Source: the human T2T-CHM13v2.0 reference genome, Homo sapiens
DNA: 64,000 bases
Strand: one strand, 5' to 3'
Assembly (NCBI RefSeq): GCF_009914755.1
Contig: NC_060939.1
Shown here: positions 29,141 through 56,042 of the stretch, piece by piece
Layout of the letters: each line of letters opens with the position of its first letter
Position numbering within the stretch: the stretch's first letter is position 1
Program-made: the position numbers and the translations under genes
Notes under the pieces: model-generated
The model's input: the letters and a program-made list of their open reading frames with translations, nothing else
The model's database searches: none
Told to the model about the DNA's origin: nothing

Positions 29141-29244
29141 CTTGTGGGGTCCTTTCAAGACTTTTGACCCTTGCTTTCTCATCACCACTCTTCTAAAGTT
29201 CAGAAGTGAGACCACTCAGATTTCTTAAACTTGTTCAGGACAAT

Positions 29245-29460
29245 GGTGAAAGTAGCAGGAAAAGCGGGAGCATTGCAGTCAGATCTGGATTTATCGCCTC
29301 CATCTCTGTCCTGTTGTGCAAGTCATTTAACATCTCTGAGTCTCAGTAGCTCATCTTTAAAGTTAGAATAATCGCACCTCATAAAAATTTTTGTGAGGAC
29401 TTTAAAAGATACTATGTAATGTGCTTACACAATGCCAAGCACATGGCAGACACCTAATAA
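29245..29460. mobile_element. MIR
   Basis: caagtcatttaacatctctgagtctcag...ctcatctttaaa core. Confidence 0.7.
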
Positions 29461-30010
29461 AACATCAAGTTCTCTCTTTTCCCCTTGCCTTCGGGATAGA
29501 AAGTGTTCTCATATGGAATAGAAATTAAGAATCTATCAGATAGTATTAAGGTGACATTACTAGCCTTATCTCATTTCCCCGTGCTTAGTATATTTCATCA
29601 TAGGTTTAAATGCTTCACCTTTTCCAGATTTATTAAAACTAGTGACCCATAACATGGATGAAATGGGAAAATGTCATTGTGACTTCTGAAATAAAAAGCT
29701 TAGATGTGTGTGGCAATTGAACATGTTTCTTTTTCTTTCCATGTATGATGAATTTTGATATGAACAACATGACTTCCTAACTCCAAATCAACCAGAAGCC
29801 TCCCTTGGCCAATGTGCCCTATTGCTCCAGCTCTCAGGCTGGTTGTGCAGTGGGTAGTTGCCTAGCGTGGAACTTTTCTTTCGCCCCAGTTCACATCTGG
29901 CACACAAGGCAGGCCTCAGTCCATCTGGATCCCTCCCTACATTGTGTCCTTTTTCCTTGTTCCACAGACTTGATTAACTGTCAAAATGTTTTGTTTTGTT
30001 TTGTTAATAG

Positions 30011-30124
30011 GACCTGCTGCAGCTACAGTATGAAGGAGTTGCAGTCATGAAATTATTTGATAGAGCTAAAGTAAATGTCAACCTCCTGATCTTCCTTCTC
30101 AACAAAAAGTTCTACGGGAAGTAA
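30011..30124 (+). CDS. IQGAP1: IQGAP1 terminal coding exon (~38) to stop
   Basis: aatAG|GACCTG...; DLLQLQYEGVAVMKLFDRAKVNVNLLIFLLNKKFYGK then TAA 30122-30124, the IQGAP1 C-terminus. Confidence 0.98.
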   Translation, partial: DLLQLQYEGVAVMKLFDRAKVNVNLLIFLLNKKFYGK

Positions 30125-30594
30125 TTGATCGTTTGCTGCCAGCCCAGAAGGATGAAGGAAAGAAGCACCTCACAGCTCCTTTCTAGGTCCTTCTTTCCTC
30201 ATTGGAAGCAAAGACCTAGCCAACAACAGCACCTCAATCTGATACACTCCCGATGCCACATTTTTAACTCCTCTCGCTCTGATGGGACATTTGTTACCCT
30301 TTTTTCATAGTGAAATTGTGTTTCAGGCTTAGTCTGACCTTTCTGGTTTCTTCATTTTCTTCCATTACTTAGGAAAGAGTGGAAACTCCACTAAAATTTC
30401 TCTGTGTTGTTACAGTCTTAGAGGTTGCAGTACTATATTGTAAGCTTTGGTGTTTGTTTAATTAGCAATAGGGATGGTAGGATTCAAATGTGTGTCATTT
30501 AGAAGTGGAAGCTATTAGCACCAATGACATAAATACATACAAGACACAGAACTAAAATGTCATGTTATTAACAGTTATTAGGTTGTCATTTAAA

Positions 30595-30600
30595 AATAAA
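30595..30600 (+). terminator. Candidate proximal polyadenylation signal
   Basis: AATAAA followed by T-rich sequence. Confidence 0.4.
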
Positions 30601-30998
30601 GTTCCTTTATATTTCTGTCCCATCAGGAAAACTGAAGGATATGGGGAATCATTGGTTATCTTCCATTGTGTTTTTCTTTATGGACAGGAGCTAATGGAAG
30701 TGACAGTCATGTTCAAAGGAAGCATTTCTAGAAAAAAGGAGATAATGTTTTTAAATTTCATTATCAAACTTGGGCAATTCTGTTTGTGTAACTCCCCGAC
30801 TAGTGGATGGGAGAGTCCCATTGCTAAAATTCAGCTACTCAGATAAATTCAGAATGGGTCAAGGCACCTGCCTGTTTTTGTTGGTGCACAGAGATTGACT
30901 TGATTCAGAGAGACAATTCACTCCATCCCTATGGCAGAGGAATGGGTTAGCCCTAATGTAGAATGTCATTGTTTTTAAAACTGTTTTATATCTTAAGA

Positions 30999-31303
30999 GT
31001 GCCTTATTAAAGTATAGATGTATGTCTTAAAATGTGGGTGATAGGAATTTTAAAGATTTATATAATGCATCAAAAGCCTTAGAATAAGAAAAGCTTTTTT
31101 TAAATTGCTTTATCTGTATATCTGAACTCTTGAAACTTATAGCTAAAACACTAGGATTTATCTGCAGTGTTGCAGGGAGATAATTCTGCCTTAAATTGTC
31201 TAAAACAAAAACAAAACCAGCCAACCTATGTTACACGTGAGATTAAAACCAATTTTTTCCCCATTTTTTCTCCTTTTTTCTCTTGCTGCCCACATTGTGC
31301 CTT
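30999..31303 (+). promoter_or_regulatory. Three miR-124/miR-506 seed matches in the IQGAP1 3' UTR
   Basis: GTGCCTTA 30999-31006 (8mer), TGCCTTA 31187-31193 (7mer-A1), GTGCCTT 31297-31303 (7mer-m8). Confidence 0.75.
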
Positions 31304-31546
31304 TATTTTATGAGCCCCAGTTTTCTGGGCTTAGTTTAAAAAAAAAATCAAGTCTAAACATTGCATTTAGAAAGCTTTTGTTCTTGGATAAAAAGTCATA
31401 CACTTTAAAAAAAAAAAAAACTTTTTCCAGGAAAATATATTGAAATCATGCTGCTGAGCCTCTATTTTCTTTCTTTGATGTTTTGATTCAGTATTCTTTT
31501 ATCATAAATTTTTAGCATTTAAAAATTCACTGATGTACATTAAGCC

Positions 31547-31552
31547 AATAAA
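31547..31552 (+). terminator. Candidate alternative polyadenylation signal
   Basis: AATAAA with TGTA ~12 nt upstream and tgtagtgtgt ~25 nt downstream. Confidence 0.55.
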
Positions 31553-32236
31553 CTGCTTTAATGAATAACAAACTATGTAGTGTGTCCCTATTATAAATGC
31601 ATTGGAGAAGTATTTTTATGAGACTCTTTACTCAGGTGCATGGTTACAGCCCACAGGGAGGCATGGAGTGCCATGGAAGGATTCGCCACTACCCAGACCT
31701 TGTTTTTTGTTGTATTTTGGAAGACAGGTTTTTTAAAGAAACATTTTCCTCAGATTAAAAGATGATGCTATTACAACTAGCATTGCCTCAAAAACTGGGA
31801 CCAACCAAAGTGTGTCAACCCTGTTTCCTTAAAAGAGGCTATGAATCCCAAAGGCCACATCCAAGACAGGCAATAATGAGCAGAGTTTACAGCTCCTTTA
31901 ATAAAATGTGTCAGTAATTTTAAGGTTTATAGTTCCCTCAACACAATTGCTAATGCAGAATAGTGTAAAATGCGCTTCAAGAATGTTGATGATGATGATA
32001 TAGAATTGTGGCTTTAGTAGCACAGAGGATGCCCCAACAAACTCATGGCGTTGAAACCACACAGTTCTCATTACTGTTATTTATTAGCTGTAGCATTCTC
32101 TGTCTCCTCTCTCTCCTCCTTTGACCTTCTCCTCGACCAGCCATCATGACATTTACCATGAATTTACTTCCTCCCAAGAGTTTGGACTGCCCGTCAGATT
32201 GTTTCTGCACATAGTTGCCTTTGTATCTCTGTATGA

Positions 32237-32242
32237 AATAAA
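32237..32242 (+). terminator. Distal polyadenylation signal of IQGAP1
   Basis: AATAAA with upstream TGTA (32222, 32230) and downstream tgtttgtgttttt. Confidence 0.85.
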
Positions 32243-32709
32243 AGGTCATTTGTTCATGTTTGTGTTTTTCTCAGTTTCATTGTTAACAGTTCCTGCTAAA
32301 CACCTTGACTAGAGTGAGATGTAACAGTTAAAATCACAACAGCAGACAACCCCTTCCTTTTAAAGGAGAAAACGTAAGTCCACCATCAGATCATTGAATG
32401 TCTCAAAGTGACTTTTAATGTGTGAACGTGTGACTTTAGCCTTTTTAATGAATATGCTTAAGTTATCTTCACCATAAAAAGAAGGGTGTTGCGGGAAGCA
32501 AACATTATATGTCACTTAATTCTGATTGACGAACGGTGGAAAGTTTAAAATTGCAACAGCATTTAACCTTTTTTGACCAGCATACTGTTGTTGAGCACAT
32601 AGACTGTGCCCCTTAGGGGGTTCCTATGTCACTTGCAAGTCACCAGAAAAGACTAGGGGATGTTGAATGTGGAAAAAGTAAATCACAGCAGTAAAAAAAG
32701 AAGAAAAGG

Positions 32710-33002
32710 GGCCGGCGTAGTGGCTCACACCTGTAATCCCGACACTTTAGGAGGCCGAGGCGGGCCGGATCACCTGAGATCAGGAGTTTTAAGACCAGCC
32801 TGGCCAACATGACGAAACCCCTACTAAAAATACAAAAATTAGCTGGGTGTGGTGGCACACGCCTGTAATCCCAGCTACTCAGGAGGCTGAGGTAGGAGAA
32901 TCACTTGAAGCTGGAGGCGGAGGTTGCAGTGAGCCAAGATCACACCACTGCTGTCCAGCCTGGGAGACAGAGCGAGACTCCATCTCAAAAAGAAAAGAAA
33001 AG
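32710..33002 (+). mobile_element. AluS
   Basis: Full Alu. Confidence 0.94.
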
Positions 33003-33398
33003 GCTTCCTTGTCAGAGGGCAGCCTTACTTAAAAATACAAACGTACATAAGCATCCTGTTGTGTTGGTAAACTGTGGCCAGACTATATTGGAAAATTAGT
33101 GACAGGTTGAAATAAGGGGGGAAACGGAATAATTCTAAAATAGGGAAAATGAAAAATTGGAGGTGATGGTTTGTACGAGTGGTTGGAGATGACCGCATGC
33201 TCCTCTGAGGAAGAGTGAGGGGAAGAGCATGGCTCTCCTGGTGGGACTCTGGAAGGTACCCTTCTGAGCCCCAGGTTTCTCGTTCTGAAATGGAAAGGAT
33301 GCTGTCTGGTAGCTTTGTTATTGAAACCTGAAATATTTTAATAATATGCTCTATATTGTCCTGCAAAGAAATCAAGGGAGTTAGAAAAGTGCTTATCA

Positions 33399-34012
<614 letters not shown>

Positions 34013-34062
34013 GCTTATCAAGGTATAGCAACATTAAATAAGAAAAATAAGAGGGAAAATCA

Positions 34063-34372
<310 letters not shown>

Positions 34373-34682
34373 GTAGGAAAGTAAGATGGAACCCAGAGCA
34401 ATGGCAGAGTGAATGCCATGGAGTCCCAGCTGCTGCTGGTGGTGCCACTGCGCCAACGGGGAGGGAGACGGGGTTGTCACAGCCCTGCTGCTCATTCTTT
34501 TGCCTGTGTATCCCTGAAAATAATTTGGGAAAACGTATACATCCCTTCACACATTTTAAGTTTGACAAATACATTTTTAATGTTTAAATCAAGAGTACCT
34601 GCTAGCATGTGAATTTTAATATAAAAATGACCATAAAAATATCGAATGGAACCCACCTTCATTCATTTTTAAAGGTACATGA

Positions 34683-34910
<228 letters not shown>

Positions 34911-36015
34911 TAGTAGAGACGGAATTTCACCATGTTAGGCAGGTCTCAAACTCCTGACCTCAAGTGATCCGCCCACCTCGGCCTCCCAAAGTGCTGGGAT
35001 TACAGGTGTGAACCACTATGCCTGCCCCTGGAAATTTTAAATCTTTACAAATTTAACGTTTTTTTTCTCTACTCTGCTTCCTTCAGAATTTTACCCTAGT
35101 GAAATATTTTAAAGGACATCTTATTTTTGGTCATCTGTAACAAAAATAAAAATTTGTTTTCGTGACCATAAGCCTATTAACCCAATCTAGAAAAACATTT
35201 TGCATAGTTACAGTTATTAGTGCATATTTGATTGCAGTAATTTTTTTTTTTTTTTTTTTTTTGAGTTGGAGTCTTGCTCTGTCGCCCAGGCTGGAGTACA
35301 ATCTTGGCTCACCACAACCTCCGCCTCCCAGGTTCAAGCAATTGTCCTGCCTCAGCCACCCGAGTAGCTGGGATTACAGGAGCCCTCCACCACGCCTGGC
35401 TAATTTTTGTATTTTTAGTAGAGATGAGGTTTCACCGTACTGGCCAGGCTGGTCTCTTGGCTAGGCTGGTCTCGAACTCCTGACCTCGTGATCCGCCCAC
35501 CTCGGCCTCCCAAAGTGCTGTGATTACAGGTGTGAGCCACCGCACCCGGCCCAGTAATGTAATATTTTATCTTGACAATTCTAAAAGATATTTGAAATGC
35601 ATTTTTTTATTTTGTCATTGGTATCTAATGAAATGCATTTATTGATGAGATAAATGAAAGTCTTTTAAAATGAAAGTTTAAAAACATGGTAGACAAATAT
35701 TCTTGCTAGAATGAGATGGGGCTCATGACCAATTCTATTTCTATTTTTCATTTTTATAACTGTAAGCTCCGAGAAACACTGGGGTGTTTCATTACAGCAG
35801 TGTCACACATTTCTCAGGACTCCTTAGTAACTAATCCAAAAGACTCAATGATTTATAATAAGTTATAACATGAATAGGTTCTCCAACTTTGTTGAAAGCA
35901 AAAGTTAAAAAAAGATAATTACCTAATTTGGAGAATTTATTATGCATGCAAACATTATTCACTTTCTCAGGACTTGGGAAGTAGACAAGGGGATTTACCA
36001 AGACTTTTAAAGTAA

Positions 36016-36267
<252 letters not shown>

Positions 36268-36419
36268 TGATCTGCCCGCCTCGGCCTCCCAAAGTGCTGG
36301 GATTACAGGCATGAGCCGCGGCGCCAGCCTATACTCATAACTCTTTAACTTAAAGATAGCTTATTTAATCCAATATGTTAATACGCTTGGGAAAACAGAA
36401 ATATTTTAATACTCCTTTG

Positions 36420-39010
<2,591 letters not shown>

Positions 39011-39354
39011 CCACTGTATGTATATCGATATACATATTCATAAAAATTCTTTTTTTTCTTGAGATGGAGTCTTACTCTGTCTTCCAGGCTGGAGTACAAT
39101 GGCACGATCTCAGCTCACTGCAACCTCTGCCTCCCAAGTTCAGGTGATTTCTCCTGCCTCAGCCACCCGAGTAACTGGGATACAGGCATGTGCCACCAAG
39201 CCCAGCTAATTTTGTATTTTTAGTAGAGATGGGGTTTCACCATGTTGGCCAGGCTGGTCTCAAACTCCTGACCTCAGATGATCTTGGGATTGCTGGGATT
39301 ATAGCCGTGAGCCACTGCACCTGGCCTCTAGCTTTTTCTTCTTTTTTTAAATTT

Positions 39355-39385
<31 letters not shown>

Positions 39386-39779
39386 TTTTTGAGACAGAGT
39401 TTCACTCTTGTTGCCCACAGCTGGAGTGCAATGGCACGATCTCGACTCACAGCAACCTCCGCCTCCCGGGTTCAAGCAATCCCGAGTAGCTGGGATTACA
39501 GACATGCGCCATCACGGCCGGCTAATTTTTTTTTTTTTTTAGTAGAGATGGGGGTTTCTCCATGTTGGTCAGGCTGGTCTCGAACTCCCCACCTCAGGTG
39601 ATCCGCCCTCCTCGGCCTCCTAAAGTTCTGGGATTACAGGCATGAGCCACCACATCCAGCCTAAGCTTTTTCAATGGAAAATTTTTAAAAGAGAAAAACA
39701 CTTCGTGAGTTTATGACAAAACAATTTTTTAATATAAAATACTTTTACCTAATGTATGTGAGCTCAGTGAAAGGAAAAA

Positions 39780-39922
39780 GTGCCTTGAGTAGTAGCATTT
39801 GCCAATTCTGTGGTATGAATACTTCCCCAAAGCTGATTTCAAGCTACCAACTTGATGTTGTTGGTCACAGAAAGTAGAGCTGAGAAGAGACGCTTGCAAT
39901 CAGCTCCCATAAGCTAGTATCA
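39780..39922. mobile_element. MER63-like DNA transposon fragment
   Basis: gctgatttcaagctaccaac motif. Confidence 0.55.
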
Positions 39923-39942
39923 ATTTTTTTTTTTTTTTTTGA

Positions 39943-40047
<105 letters not shown>

Positions 40048-40339
40048 TGAGTAGCTGGAATTACAGGTGACTGCCACCACACCAAGCTAATTATTGTATT
40101 TCTAGTAGAGACTGGGTTTCACCATGTTGGCCAGGCTGGTCTCGAACTCCTGAACTCAGGTGATCCACCAGCCTTGGCCTTTCAAAGTGCTGAGATTACA
40201 GGCATGAGCCACCGCGCCTGGCCGAGTACCAAATTTTATTCCAAGGACGTGGGGCAGGGGGGCAATTGATGGATTTGAAGAAGAGCAAGAAGAGGTCAGA
40301 GATGTGCAGGATGGATGAGGGCGGGGAGGCTAGGTGCGA

Positions 40340-40785
40340 GGTTGTGCTGGATATCTCCTTTTTGTCCGTTGAGATCCATTCTCCACCCCTCACCCTCCCC
40401 TGTGCCCTGGGAAGCTGGCCACATGGACGGCATCGCTGTCTCTCTCCAGCTTCTGCGTGGGTTTGGCCAACAGGAAGCACTACCAGGAGACCGGAGGTCT
40501 GGAAGAAAGCAATTCTGCCAGGTCACTAGGAATCAGCTGCCTCTCTCTACCAAAGACCAGAGCTCCTGTCAGGCAGCTCCCTTCAGACAACCACCTCTCC
40601 CCACTGCAGTAAGCAATCCCACACCCAATTCCCTTCAGGCCTAGAAAGCTAATGATTCCTGCTGTAACTAGCCTCAGGGGGTCCTGCCATATCGCTAAAC
40701 CCCGCCCTGTCTCTTTATTAACTTCTCTTCAAATTACTCAATTGGATTATGCCACCTGTATTCTGCTGGGTCCCTGACTGATACA
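40340..40785. mobile_element. Old ERVL-type LTR fragment (LTR33/LTR16-like)
   Basis: gggtttggccaacaggaagcac motif and terminal gggtccctgactgataca. Confidence 0.5.
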
Positions 40786-40791
40786 CAAGAG

Positions 40792-41755
40792 TGAGAGGTG
40801 ACAGCGTGCTGGCAGTCCTCACAGCCCTTGCTCGCTCTCGGCGCCTCCTCTGCCTGGGCTCCCACTTTGGCGGCACTTGAGGAGCCCTTCAGCCTGCCGC
40901 TGCACTGTGGGAGCCCCTTTCTGGGCTGGCCAAGGCCGGAGCCGGCTCCCTCAGCTTGTGGCGAGGTGTGGAGGGAGAGGCGTTGGCGGGAACCGGGGCT
41001 GCGCGTGGTGCTTGCCGGCCAGCGTGAGTTCCGGGTGGGCGTGGGCTCCGCGGACCCTGCGCTTGGAGCGGCCGGCTGGCCCCACCGCCCCGGGCAGTGA
41101 GGGGCTTAGAACCTGGGCCAGCAGCTTTGTGAATACACCAATCGACACTCTGTTATCTAGCTACTCTGGTGGGGACGTGGAGAACCTTCGTGTAGACACT
41201 CTGTATCTAGCTAATCTAGTGGGGACGTGGAGAACCTTTGTGTCTAGCTCAGGGATTGTAAACTCACCAATCAGCGCCCTGGCAAAACAGACCACTGGGC
41301 TCTACCAAGCAACAGGATGTGGGTGGGGCCAGATAAGAGAATAAAAGCAGGCTGCCGGAGCCAGCAGTGGCAACCCGCTCGGGTCTCCTTCCGCACTGTG
41401 GAAGCTTTGTTCTTTTGCTGTTTGGGTCCCCACTGCTTTTATGAGCTGTAACACTCACCGCGAAGGTCTGCAGCTTCACTCCTGAAGACAGCGAGACCAC
41501 GAGCCCACCAGGAGGAACGAACAACTCCAGATGCGCCACCTTAAGAGCTGTAACACTCACCGTGAAGGTCTGCAGCTTCACTCCTAAGCCAGCGAGACCA
41601 CGAACCCACCAGAAGGAAGAAACTCCAAACACATCCGAACATCAGAAAGAACAAACTCCAGACGCGCCACTTTAAGAGCTGTAACACTCACCGCAAGGGT
41701 CTGCGGCTTCATTCTTGAAGTTAGTGAGACCAAGAACCTACCAATTCCTGACACA
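40792..41755 (+). mobile_element. Solo LTR12 (LTR12C-like, ERV9), internally deleted
   Basis: Begins TGAGAGGTGACAGCGTGCTGGCAG, ends CCAATTCCTGACACA; 4-bp TSD AGAG (40788-91 / 41756-59); CCAAT boxes, GATA-AATAAAA, three gagctgtaacactcaccg repeats. Confidence 0.93.
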
Positions 41756-42012
41756 AGAGGACCAATTAAGGCCTCAATTAGTGAGGGATTTGGTGGCCTG
41801 AATTAGACAGTGGTTGTTAGGATGGAAGAGGTGGTGGGAGAATTCTAGAGGTATTTAGGAAGTAGAATGGATTCACTGAACATTAGGGGAAGGAATAGTG
41901 GGGCATAGGGCTGGCAAGTACTCCTGAAGAAGTATTCTGTGATCAAGGAAGTTTGGGAAATGTTGTATTCTGTCATATTTGGAAGTCACAACACATATGT
42001 AAAAGCCCTTAG

Positions 42013-42325
<313 letters not shown>

Positions 42326-42907
42326 CTACAGTCAAGAAACTTGCTTAGCTTTGTGTAGCATAGCTTTCCCCAAATGTATCTGACCACACAATCCCCTCCC
42401 TCTTACCCTTTAGAAAGCTCCTATTAGCCATCAGTGAAACTCATGTTCCATGGAACACATTCTTCGAAATCCTGGAGAAAAGAGGAAGCTAGAACAGAAC
42501 CCGACTTTAAGCTTTCAACAAATGGTAAATATTACCTAGGAAACAGAAAAGCAAAAATGTGCATTTGTATGCCACATTTGTCAAAGAATTTTGGACTCCA
42601 TTCTACATTTCTATTTTGGTAAGTTTGTTTAAAACTTTTGTTCTTAAATTGCAGATACTTGTTCTGTGTAAATTTTGTCCCCACTTGTCTAGAAAATAAT
42701 TTTGATGTGATGTATAAGAATGTGCACTTGATAAACTTATGATAGTTGCTCATAGCCACTGGCTTTTGTTTCTGGAGAAAAATATTCCCAATGCCTATGG
42801 GGACGGAGGTACAGAGACCTTTATAGTGGGAGCTGAAAAGGCACATGACAGAAAAAATGATGTGATGAGAATTAAAGTCAAACTCCTCCTGTTTAATGCT
42901 AACTCAG

Positions 42908-43221
<314 letters not shown>

Positions 43222-43259
43222 GCTAACTCAGAACTAGCTCCCAGAAAAAAAGGAGAACC

Positions 43260-48382
<5,123 letters not shown>

Positions 48383-48739
48383 CTGCATAGTTGAGTTCAC
48401 AAGGAAACCCTCAAGTGACTGAAAATCAAATGGTAAATATATGGTTATCTATCCAACAACCCGGGAACTTTAGGTTTTTGCTTGTTTGCTCATTTTAAAT
48501 GGACTAAAATCCATGCGTTGTCCAGATTTCCCTAGTTTTTACCTTTTTCTCTTCTAGGATCCCACTCAGGATACATTACATTTAGTCATCATGTCATCTT
48601 AGGCCCCTCTTTGCTGTGACAGTTGGAGTTCAGTTTTTGACACCCACTTGGTAAAAGGAGATGATGGACTTGCATGAGTCAGGGAGTTAGACCTGGAACC
48701 CAAGCCAGGACCCTCAAAAGGTTATACTCAAGGAAAATG

Positions 48740-49460
<721 letters not shown>

Positions 49461-49477
49461 CGAAAAGGTAAAATCTA

Positions 49478-49909
<432 letters not shown>

Positions 49910-51270
49910 CTAGTAACTGATATCCTGTGACTCACGAAACAGAAACAAAACTATACTTGAGTCATATTCCTACTACCCAGGATTCTCACAGGAAAAAAAA
50001 TTTAAGCCCCCTTAAAGATAGAAGCATAGTTAAAAACATTAGAAAACAATCCACCAGAAGCAACAGCCAGCAGATACAACAAATAGGTTTAGAGCTCCCA
50101 AATCCTGAGATAATAGAACTAGATGCTGAGAGAAAATTATAAAAATTAGTATAACTAAAAGCATAAAAGAATTAAAAAATAAGAACAGAGAAGCATTCTA
50201 AATAAAAAGGAGGCGGATTTGAAAAGGAATTAAATAGAATTTTCAGATGGGAAAACAGTCTGTGAAGAAGAAAAAATGGTTAAATGTGAACCTGAACATG
50301 GTTCACTGCAACCTTGAACTCCTGGGCTCAATAATCCTCCATCCTCAGCCCCCGAAGTAGCTGGCACTATAGACATGCACCACCACACTCAGCTAATTAT
50401 GTTTATTTTTTATTTTGTAGAAATGGGGTCTTGCTAGGTCCAGGCTGGTTTCAAACTCCTGGCCTCAAGTGATCCTCCTGCCTCAGCGTCCCAAAGTGCT
50501 GAGATTATAGGCTTGAGCCACTGTGCCCGGCCTGCCTTGACTTTTAACTTCTGTCCAGGTAGGGGCTTTCCAGGGGCAGGCCTAGCCATGGCCCGCCACA
50601 CAAGGATCAATGGTAATCAACAAAGCAGAACATAGCAAGCTGACACCAAAGTGCCTGAGAACCAAAGTGAAGGGGAAAAGCTAATAAGAAGCAAGCTGAT
50701 TTCCACTCGAGAACTTCAGAAGGACCAGAGGCACCAAAAGAGGGGAGCGACAGGGCTGAAAGCACAAAGATTGATGGAAACTGTGCAAGGAACAGTTAGA
50801 TGCCCAGATCCACTCCCCAACTGCTCAAAGCTAGGTGACTACTTCTCCTCTCCCTAACTGTACACAAGATGTGAACTCTGGGGCAATTGAGCCAGAAAGA
50901 TTCTGCACTTAGGGTGAGACAGGGCAAAAGCTGGGATGGAGGTACCATCTGAAAACAGGGGGATTAAGAGAAAGTCTACACATCAAACACTGAGACCTGC
51001 AGCTTCTCTTTTCTCTCTTCCCATTTAGCTCCCAGAACACTAGCAGCCAGGCTTACATACCTGGACAGAAGAATGGACGATTCTTCAGGCAGAAGAAAAT
51101 TGACCTGTCTGAGAGAAAAATAAACAGAAAAACCCACATATAAACAAAAGAAAACCCAGACCAAACCCTAGAGATACCGATATTTGGGGGACATACGGTG
51201 CAAATAGGGCTGGGCGCAGTGGCTCATGCCTGTAATCCCAGCACTTTGTGAGGCCAGAGCAGGCAGATCA

Positions 51271-51618
<348 letters not shown>

Positions 51619-51619
51619 C

Positions 51620-53116
<1,497 letters not shown>

Positions 53117-53132
53117 TGAACTCCTGACCTCA

Positions 53133-53264
<132 letters not shown>

Positions 53265-53857
53265 CTAATGGAGAGTCAAAGATCACCAGAGGTTTGAGGA
53301 AAGCCTGCAGAGGAAGATCAAAATGAACAAACAAATAAAAATGAATTCAGACAAAACAAAAGGTGACAATGTAAAAAGTAGAAAAAAAGTAAAAACAGAA
53401 GTAACCTAAAATTAATATCACATCCATGAAATGAGTACAGAATGCTATTCAAAAAAGAAATTTTAGGGAAACACAGAGAGTTCTTATTAATCCTTTTTTT
53501 TTTTTTTTTGAGACAGGGTCTTGCTCTGTCACCCAGGCTGGAGTGCAGTGACAGAATTACAGCTCACTGCAACCTCAACCTCCCAGACTCAAGGGATCCT
53601 CCCACCTCAGACTCCTGAGTTGCTGTGACTACAGTCACATACCACCATGGCAGACTAACTTTTTTTTTTTTCCATAGAGATGAAGTCTCACTACCTTGCT
53701 CAGTCTTAATCTTTTCAATTGAAAGATAATGGTAGAGGCTGGGCACGGTGGCTTGCTCTTGTAATCCCAGCACTTCGGGAGGCCGAGGTGGGAGGATCAC
53801 TTGAGGTCAGGAGTTCGAGATCAGCCTGGCCAGCATGGTGAAACCCTGTCTCTACTA

Positions 53858-53986
<129 letters not shown>

Positions 53987-54249
53987 CTACAGCCTGGGCG
54001 AGAAGAGTGAAACTCCATCTCAAAAAAAAAAAAAAGATAATGGTAGAAATAAAAGTTTAACAGAAGGATTGGAAAATGAAGCTGAGAAAATATATCAGGA
54101 AATAGGAAAATAACAAAAGACAAGTAAATAGAAAATAGGAGACAAAAGATAAGAAAATTAGAAGAGCAATCTAGGAGGCCCATTAACTAACAAAAGTTCC
54201 AGAAAGATGCCAGGTGCTGTGACTCATGCCTGTAATCCCAGCACTTTCA

Positions 54250-54490
<241 letters not shown>

Positions 54491-55157
54491 TCAAAAACAA
54501 AAAACAATAAACCAAAAAAAAAAAAAACCAAAAACAAACAAACAAAAAAACAGGTCACCTACAAAGGAAAAGGAAACCGAATGTGAGTGGCCTTCTCAGT
54601 AGCAACACTGAAAGTGAGAAAACAGTGACCCAATGCATTCAAAGATCTAAATGAAAAGCATTTCCAGAGAAGCCCTACTCTTAGCCAAGCTAATAATCAA
54701 ACAGGAGGGTAAAATAAAACCATCTTCACACACAGTCTCAGAGATTTTATCTTTCACGTACCCTTTTTCTCTCCAGGAAACTATTGGAGAATGTACTCCA
54801 CCAAAGTGAAGGTGTACACATGGCAAGACGACAACCTGGGATCCGGGAAGCGGAGGTGAGAACACAGGAGGCGGAGGGAAGCTTGGGGTGATGGTGAGGG
54901 GGACTGCACCACAGCAGTGCTGCAGGCTGGGGAACAGCCCAGGATGCAGCCAGAGGGCACAGCGCTCCAGAAAAGAAGCTTCCCCCAAAACCAGTCATTC
55001 ATAGATTCAGTCATATGTTTCATAGCTCTGTCGGAGTTTGGGAAAGGATGAATAATGGCTTGAGAGAAATCTAAGCAAATCAATAACAGAGGCAATTTTT
55101 AACTCCAAAAAGAAATTTGTACCAAAATAGAACTATGCTACACTATGTGAACGCTTA

Positions 55158-55486
<329 letters not shown>

Positions 55487-55625
55487 TTACCAAGAATGAT
55501 CACATAACTACATTGAAAGAATGAGGTCAGGGAAAATTATATTTTTGTTGGGGCATAAAATGGCCAAATCATCATTTTCTATGGTAGAAAATGAACAGTT
55601 AACTATCTAAAATTTTAAAATATCA

Positions 55626-56042
<417 letters not shown>

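Larger units (their letters stand above)
30125..32260 (+). other. IQGAP1: IQGAP1 3' UTR
   Basis: Repeat-free AT-rich sequence after the stop, ending at the distal AATAAA plus GU-rich element; end position approximate. Confidence 0.85.

Noticed and set aside
31337-31420. A11 and A14 tracts in the IQGAP1 3' UTR
   Set aside because: No TSD or element body; they matter only as internal-priming artefacts when checking polyadenylation data
40798-41632. 100-155 aa ORFs in the LTR12
   Set aside because: GC-rich LTR sequence; no gag, pol or env remnants
41443-41700. Three spaced copies of gagctgtaacactcaccg, superficially like an array
   Set aside because: Normal internal repeats of the LTR12 R/U5 region; the spacers are related to each other and there are no cas genes, so not CRISPR
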